A stretch of DNA of 64,000 nucleotides. Origin: Utricularia gibba. Its lineage: Eukaryota; Plantae; Magnoliophyta. The notes under the pieces are model-generated. The model worked only from the letters and a program-made list of their open reading frames with translations, searched no databases and had not been told where the DNA came from. Numbering within the stretch: position 1 is the stretch's first letter; each line of letters opens with the position of its first letter. The translations under genes and the position numbers were made by a program. The DNA lies in contig CM007990.1 of assembly GCA_002189035.1 (NCBI GenBank), forward strand, positions 4,340,001 to 4,404,000, given 5' to 3'. Positions 57,391 to 64,000 of this stretch are shown here, piece by piece.

Positions 57391-58797
57391 ATGGCGAATT
57401 CTTCTTCATTCCAATCCGACTACCCTTATCATCTCCTTGATTCGGAGCTTCTCCAGGGGAGCAGCGCCCAGAAACTGGAATCCTCCTCAGTTTTACTTGA
57501 TGAATCCTTCAAGCTTCCCGTTTCAAGGAAGAGGAAAGTTGTGAAGAAGGCTTCTTGTTCATCGTCTCCTTCGCAGTCCATGGTTTTATTCTTACCCTCG
57601 ACTGAACCCCGGTTTCTGCTGCACAGGTTTAGTGGTATTGATATTTTTTTTGTTGGTGATGATTGAAGGAGAAGAAGGAGGAGAAAAAGAAGAACTGTAA
57701 GAAAACGAAGGATGAGAAGAAAGGTGGGGAAGATGCAGCAGCACCAGCAGGGTATATTCATGTGAGGGCTAGAAGAGGGCAAGCTACAGACAGTCACAGC
57801 CTTGCTGAGAGGGTGAGCTTACTGTATTTTCTTCTTTTCTAAATGAACATCTGTTTATTGTTTTTTTTTTTTTACTGTTTGGTTCAGGTAAGACGGGAGA
57901 AGATCAGTGAAAGGATGAAGCTGCTTCAGTCTCTGGTTCCCGGGTGCCACAAGGTGAAACTTTTTTCATCGTTTTATCGCAGTAAATTCTCTTTTTGTCT
58001 TCACAGTAAATTGTCTTTTCCTAGTCAAGACATGCTAATAATGTCAGTGGATCCGTACACATCAACAATAATTGATTGGTTTTACTATTAATTAATGTGA
58101 TATGAATAGAGGATACAGTCTGTGTTTCTTTGGTAATATGGAGGTCGGTCGATGGGCATTTCTGTCATGAAAAAGAGACTGAAAAAAATTTCTTGGTTCA
58201 GGTTACAGGGAAAGCAGTGATGCTGGACGAGATCATCAACTACGTCCAATCCTTGCAGAATCAAGTGGAGGTGATGATGGGTTCATTTATCCTCAGTTGT
58301 TATCCCATTTCGGTTGTACAGAATCTCATCTTCCTGGGATTCTGGTTTTTACTGCAGTTACTGTCCATGAAGCTGGCCTCAGTGAATCCCATGCTGTATG
58401 ACTTTGGAATGGACATTGAGTCCTTCATGGTGCGCCCTGATCAGGTCCAAGAACACACTTTTTCTGTCATTCAGTTTGTTGTTGTAATAAGGGAGCAGTT
58501 TATTGACATAAGGATGAAAACACTCAGGACTTGAACAGCTTCCCAAGCCTGGATCAGGGTTTCCCCACCATGGAAACCAGCAGCTTCAACAACCCCATGG
58601 AAGCCTTCTCCCCTTCCAGCAGCAATCCCTGGTTCTTCCCCAGGTATGCAGTTACAGATCTATGGAAGTTGGGACCAACCCGATTCGACCCGGATTCGTT
58701 TTCCCCTATGCAGGAGGAGCAAAAGCAGAGATACATGATGAACCAAGGAGGAGTTGGAGCAGGAGCAGGAGGGTCGAATTGCATCTTCTACTCCTAA
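57391..58797 (+). CDS. bHLH transcription factor, subfamily XII (bHLH137/BEE/CIB-like), 6 exons
   Basis: [21 protein letters not shown]|[22 protein letters not shown]|[23 protein letters not shown]|[19 protein letters not shown]. The C-terminal LW...EEQKQRY...NCIFYS* resembles bHLH137. Confidence 0.94.
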
Positions 58798-59267
58798 CAC
58801 TACACCAGCTGTTCTCCTTAATTCGAAACACTAATCAGTGACAGTCGCCCTTTTAAGAACCAAACACGATACCTCATGTGGACAAATAATGTAGTGGATT
58901 AACAGCGAGAGGTGGCTCTTTGTAAGTAGGAGATGATCATGTACTGTACTTAAGGATGTAAACAAGGAAGATTTTACCTTGGAACAGATCAAGAGAGAGA
59001 GATCTGCTCAAGATTCTGGTGTCTGTTACATTCATTTTATTTTATTTTCTTTCGCTGTCAAAATTGAATATTTTGGGTGACGAAGTGACTCATCGAAATC
59101 TTACTGGAATCCAAACCCAAGCATCTTCCCTTTGAAATTTGGCAACCAGCAGCAAAAATTGACCCAGAAAACGAGACAACTGCTAAAGACTTTACCCTTC
59201 CCGCTAAGTAAAAGTAAATTGATCTGATCGTTACCGGTAAAAAAAAAGTTAATTCCAATTTGACCGC

Positions 59268-59491
59268 ATAGTAGCATCAATCGAAGACCATATATTAATT
59301 ATGTAAATTTACTACATAAGACGAGAACACGTGAAATCTAAATACACAATAAACATGAATCATATTAGAAAAAATTAAATTAAATTAATCCATCTAATTC
59401 TTAATTTCAATATGATATTAGAAGATGTAACTCATGATACTACTTGATTAGCCAAGATAGTAGCATCAAGCGAAGACCATATATTAATTAT
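59268..59491 (+). repeat. 35-nt direct repeat, two copies 189 nt apart
   Basis: ATAGTAGCATCAA(T/G)CGAAGACCATATATTAATTAT at 59268-59302 and 59457-59491, 34 of 35 positions identical. Confidence 0.85.
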
Positions 59492-62400
59492 TTGAATCTG
59501 TGGGGGCTTTGGAATAAAAAGATAACTAATTATCCTTCGTATAAGATGTCACTTCAATTCTTTATAAGGAGTTCATTCAGATAATTGAGATGTGGTCCTT
59601 GCAGAAGCAATGAATAGCCACAGAGACCCCTCATCTTTGGCTAATTCATGAAAACTCCCCCACAGTCCGACATAAAAATAAATAATTAAATTGAATAAAG
59701 AGGGAACTCGTCGGTACGCGCAGTTGGCGAAACATCCGATCTCATGTGAACACTATTTACGTAGTGTCTGTGGATGCAAAACGTGACAACTGAACTGGAA
59801 AATAGACAAGGCCCCGATTCAACATGTTATTTGTTTCTGAATTTTCTCCGCATGGCAAAGTTGAACAATTTTTGGGATTTGATTCTTCGTTTACCGTCGA
59901 ATATACGTGCGTTAATATATACGTATCTACGATACATATATTTTATTGTATACATGTGTCTTGTAAAATACCTACATAATGGTATCTCAATTTTTCAATT
60001 AAGCACAATAGCTAACATAATAGCATTTTGATTGTGCGTATATCAAATCTATTTACAAAAACATTTCCAATTATAACTATAAAACATCGTATTCCACATT
60101 AGTTATTGATGGAGAAAAATGAGAATTTATAAAATATAATGTTATTAATCTTGAACATCTTATCTTCACAATTTTACGTTATTCTTTTTTTAAAAAAAAA
60201 AACTTTATGCAAGATTGGTTTGAAATCACGAGAATGGTAGACCAGATCCGACCCGTTTGGGGATGCACGTGAGTTTCACCTGGTAGTAATATGAATATGA
60301 TTAAATTATTTAGGTCTCATTCAAATTGCCCCCTCCTTGGGAGGGAGGAATGTGACATGGATTTAACTAGGAGCATAGGGTGTCCTAATTAAAACGGAAC
60401 AAAGCCCTATTCATGTCGACCATCCTTTTTTTTTTTTTTTTCAAAAGATCAAGTTTTTATGGTCATTTGGGTCTAAAGTTATGATCATTTCAAAGTGCAC
60501 AGACGCAATCGAAATAGGATTGATTTCTCTTATTTCATGTAGATCTTTGCTTGCTTGGATGGGTTTGGTGATTCCTGTGCCTTGTTCTACGTGTCTTTTG
60601 TCAAATAGCACAAACTTGGGCTAGGGAAGAATGGTCCCTCTCATATTAATGTGGGGAGGTTTAGTGATTGTGATGATACCTATGGGAGATTAATGGTTTC
60701 AAAAGAGGTCCATCTCTCATGATTGATTAACACTCACCAACACCTAAATCTAATCACTTTGCTTAACAACATATCTCTAAACCCTCACCCCGATTCGCAA
60801 GACCTTTGTAATCCCGAGTTTATTTAAACCATTTGAATGGATGTAACCACCCAAGATACGATCTGGGTCGAGTTCAAAATGGAACTTATGCATGTGGGGA
60901 TCAACAAGCTGCGATCTTGGAAGGAGTTGCGTTGTGGTTGTGGTTGATGAGGGAGGAGGAGATGAATTGAATGGACAAAGTGGGCCAATGAGATCAGAGG
61001 AGTATCTCTGGAAATAGGACCTAAAACGTGGGTTAGTTGCGTTGGCAAAGGCAAGAAGACAAGCGCAATCAATTTAACAAGTTGCATCATAAAATCAGAC
61101 AAGACATCTACCGATGCCAAGTCGACAAGCCTCCCAACACAGCCACACAGCCCCTCCCCTTCCCACTGCTTGCTTCTTACACTCAACCGTGGACACCCAA
61201 ATGGCTAGGGTTGTAGATGAACTCTTGTTGAAATTAAAGATAGTATGAGTTCGACGAATACATGTAAAACCCAAATATATAATAAATATGAATTATATTA
61301 GAAAATATTATATTAAATCAATTGTTAATGATATATTTCTTATATATTTAAATATTTCATTTTTCGATGTAGTACTATTTGTTCTAATATTCCCGTCTCT
61401 CAGACTCTTCTGAAATGATCTGAGACCCGAATCCAGGACAAAAAGAATGGAAGAAATGATGAGAGGCTTGTTTGGACTGGTTTCATGTCAATACTCAGGT
61501 TTTGATTTGAAGTGTTTGTAGTATGGTTTCTGTAGAAGAGTGGAGGGAGGCCATTTCCATGGTTTCAGGGGATGGGACTCCTGCCTGAGTGGCTGAGTTT
61601 GCATGTAAATTCATCTGATCTCAACAACCACACGTGAAGTGTCTTTGTACTTGGAAAGGCCTCCAAAGGGAAAAGGAGGAACCTTTTTGTAGTAATTCGT
61701 GTTGTCAAGTTGCGCAATTTATGGCTCTCTTTTATCACCAACATGCATCATGCACTATTCTCATAACTAATGATAATCCAATGCACTCAAAACACGAACT
61801 TATTATCATGCATTCGAGTTTAAGATTTAGAGTTTAGGGTTTTAATAATACTCGGCATATAACATGAGTGAAACTAATATACGAGTTGCAACTATAGTTC
61901 TTTCGCGTTTAATTCGAAACTAATTTCGGAGGATTACCCAATCTCTTATACTATGTTTTCAGCAGGTACATGGCTGAGGTTGGAATCGAACCAAGAGAAG
62001 TTGCACCAACGTGTAGTGGTCACAATTGTGGCCCATTTATCTCATTTATATAGCAACATGATACCTACTTTTCTCCAATTTATTTCAATTAAATCTATTT
62101 TCAACATGTGCAAGAAGACTAGGGGAAGTAACGTTTTTCTAGCACGTGACAACTTAGTCTAATATGTAAGAACGTGTTTGGTGTATGAGATGAGTATTGA
62201 ATGAGTTTATATTATTTAAATATAAATAATTTATTAGTGTTTTAAAATCATAACATATTTGTACATTATTTCATTATACAATATTGTCGATTTCGAACAT
62301 CTAACTTTCATGATTTCATATTCTGTTTTTTCAGAGAAAAGTCTTCATTCAAAATTATAAAAGTTTCCTTTATAAAAATTGTTATTTTATTTTATCCATA

Positions 62401-64000
62401 ACGATATATGATTTATCTAAAATTATTACACTATTCATTTGGTCGAATCTTTTCAACCCTTCTTAAAAACTAAATGTCTAGGGTTCATTCCACCACTGGT
62501 TATATGTTTAGATTTAACTATGATATCAAACGTAATAACTCATATGTTATTTTTATAATATTTCATTATAGTGTCTTTTGAGTTTTTAATTTAGACTAAA
62601 TAAAACGTAAATTATTTTTATAATGAATTGAATCAGATTTTATTCAATGTAAAAAATATTATGAAAATAAAAATAATTTTTTTAAAAAAATTCTAAATTC
62701 AAATTGGTCCGTCCAAGTTTAGTTCTGTGCTCAATCTCAAATATTAAAACTATTATATACCGATCAGTCAAATACATTCTGAAAATATACATAGAAACTT
62801 GTTTTTAGCTTACAAGAGATGACCATATTGTTTGGTTGGATCGCGAAATTTCACTAATATCGAAACAAAAAACGGAATCCGATCATAGACTAGACATAAT
62901 ATTTTGTTTTTTAGATCAGATATGGCATCGCAAACGATGATTCTTTATCAAATATCATCTCTTGCTTTGCTTGTTTCTCCACAAGAAGCTCGTCCACAAG
63001 AAACGAAACACGTTGGCTCCAAAGTCTGGATGCCTAACTCCTGCTGATCGACTGTCAGCATCCCACTCCCAGCACTAGCACGTGCAGCAAAGGCAGACAT
63101 GGGGGAAAAACCAGAGAATGATAATTCATTCACCCTACTGATAATCATGCAATTAGCCCTCGTGCTTTAGGAGATAAACATCATTAGGGGATGGCTAATC
63201 AGGCTCTCAACGCCCACGCAATACTCTGGATGCTGAGGTAGACGGAGGGGAAATAGCCCTCGTGCTGTAATTCAAAAGCCAGGCCTAGGATGCCGACCAT
63301 TGCCAACGACACCTGAAATTCGCAACGCTCACACAAGCATGTTTAATGGCGAAGGAGACGTACGGGGATGGGCCTACGACTCGCGTTGACCAGGTATCGG
63401 ATCGGATCGTATCACAATTTTGAAATTAAGCATGCGAATAATTAGAGTTCCAAGAGTATGTGGAAATGGGGAGATACTAAGGCCCATGTTCATTAGGCCC
63501 ATGTCATTAGAAATTTAATGAGGTGTTTAGCGGGTGATTAAGTTTATTTTTAAAAGATGGTATAATTAAAATAAATATTTGATATGACATTTTATTTTAA
63601 AGTGAAGATTTGATAATAAATTGATTTTATAGAAAATAAGGGGAGAGGAGCATTTTATTTTAAATTTATTAGAATGTATTTAATAGACTTGTTAATGCTT
63701 TTAATTATGCGTAATTGAAAATTATGTTTATTTGATAAAGGTGTTATTCGAAACCCATACAAAACTTATTGAATTATATGAAAAAAAACTCTCATCCCAC
63801 TTGATTTTTCTTATTAAGCCAAAATTTGGGATTTTTTTTATTTATTATAAATTTACTATCAAATATAATATTATTTTAAATATTTGTTTCTTAAACTTAT
63901 ATATCAAGATATTTTCAATTTTAAGCACATGACATAATTATTTATAAATAAATAATTCAAAATCATATTCTAAACACTTAACGCATAATTAAATTTATCT

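Noticed and set aside
59498-59665. CTGTGGGGG / CCCCCACAG inverted pair as MITE TIRs
   Set aside because: Only 9 bp, with no target-site duplication.
61662-61670. TCCAAAGGG, the 5' end of miR393
   Set aside because: The match stops after 9 nt and no miR393* arm is present.
1-64000. Prokaryotic or phage systems, CRISPR arrays, operons
   Set aside because: The sequence is spliced eukaryotic DNA. There is no repeat-spacer array with three or more units and no bacterial gene organisation.
1-64000. Most short ORFs in the supplied six-frame track
   Set aside because: They are antisense or off-frame shadows of real exons, intron read-throughs or AT-rich low-complexity frames. Many start at non-ATG codons shown as M.

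Overview
Plant nuclear genomic DNA, not prokaryotic: GT-AG introns mostly 65-300 nt, very AT-rich intergenic DNA and plant-specific gene families. The gene order resembles eudicot blocks as I recall them from Arabidopsis; the species cannot be determined from the sequence. I can support 17 protein-coding loci: the 3' part of PurU, an FMO GS-OX-like monooxygenase, an SFH11-like Sec14 protein, an uncharacterised 730-aa membrane protein, a hybrid proline-rich protein, ZRF1/MPP11, DENND6, a TMEM185-RING protein, steroleosin/HSD1, HVA22, SAE1, RGP/UAM, Sec61-gamma, a DUF760 protein, an IDD14/SGR5-like zinc finger, a bacterial-type poly(A) polymerase and a bHLH137-like factor. There are also two pseudogenes: a heavily disrupted tail-anchored coiled-coil gene and a PPR remnant. 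I recognised no rRNA, tRNA, CRISPR array, intact transposon or known miRNA, and found no convincing wholly new biological system. The best leads are modest: a decayed extra SANT repeat in ZRF1, three 1-nt deletions in C runs that look like assembly errors, an unusually diverged Sec61-gamma, a regulatory package upstream of the IDD gene, and several unexplained GC-richer islands at 43-47, 54.7-55.4 and 60.8-63.4 kb. All exon boundaries and homologies were assigned by eye and from memory, without database searches.
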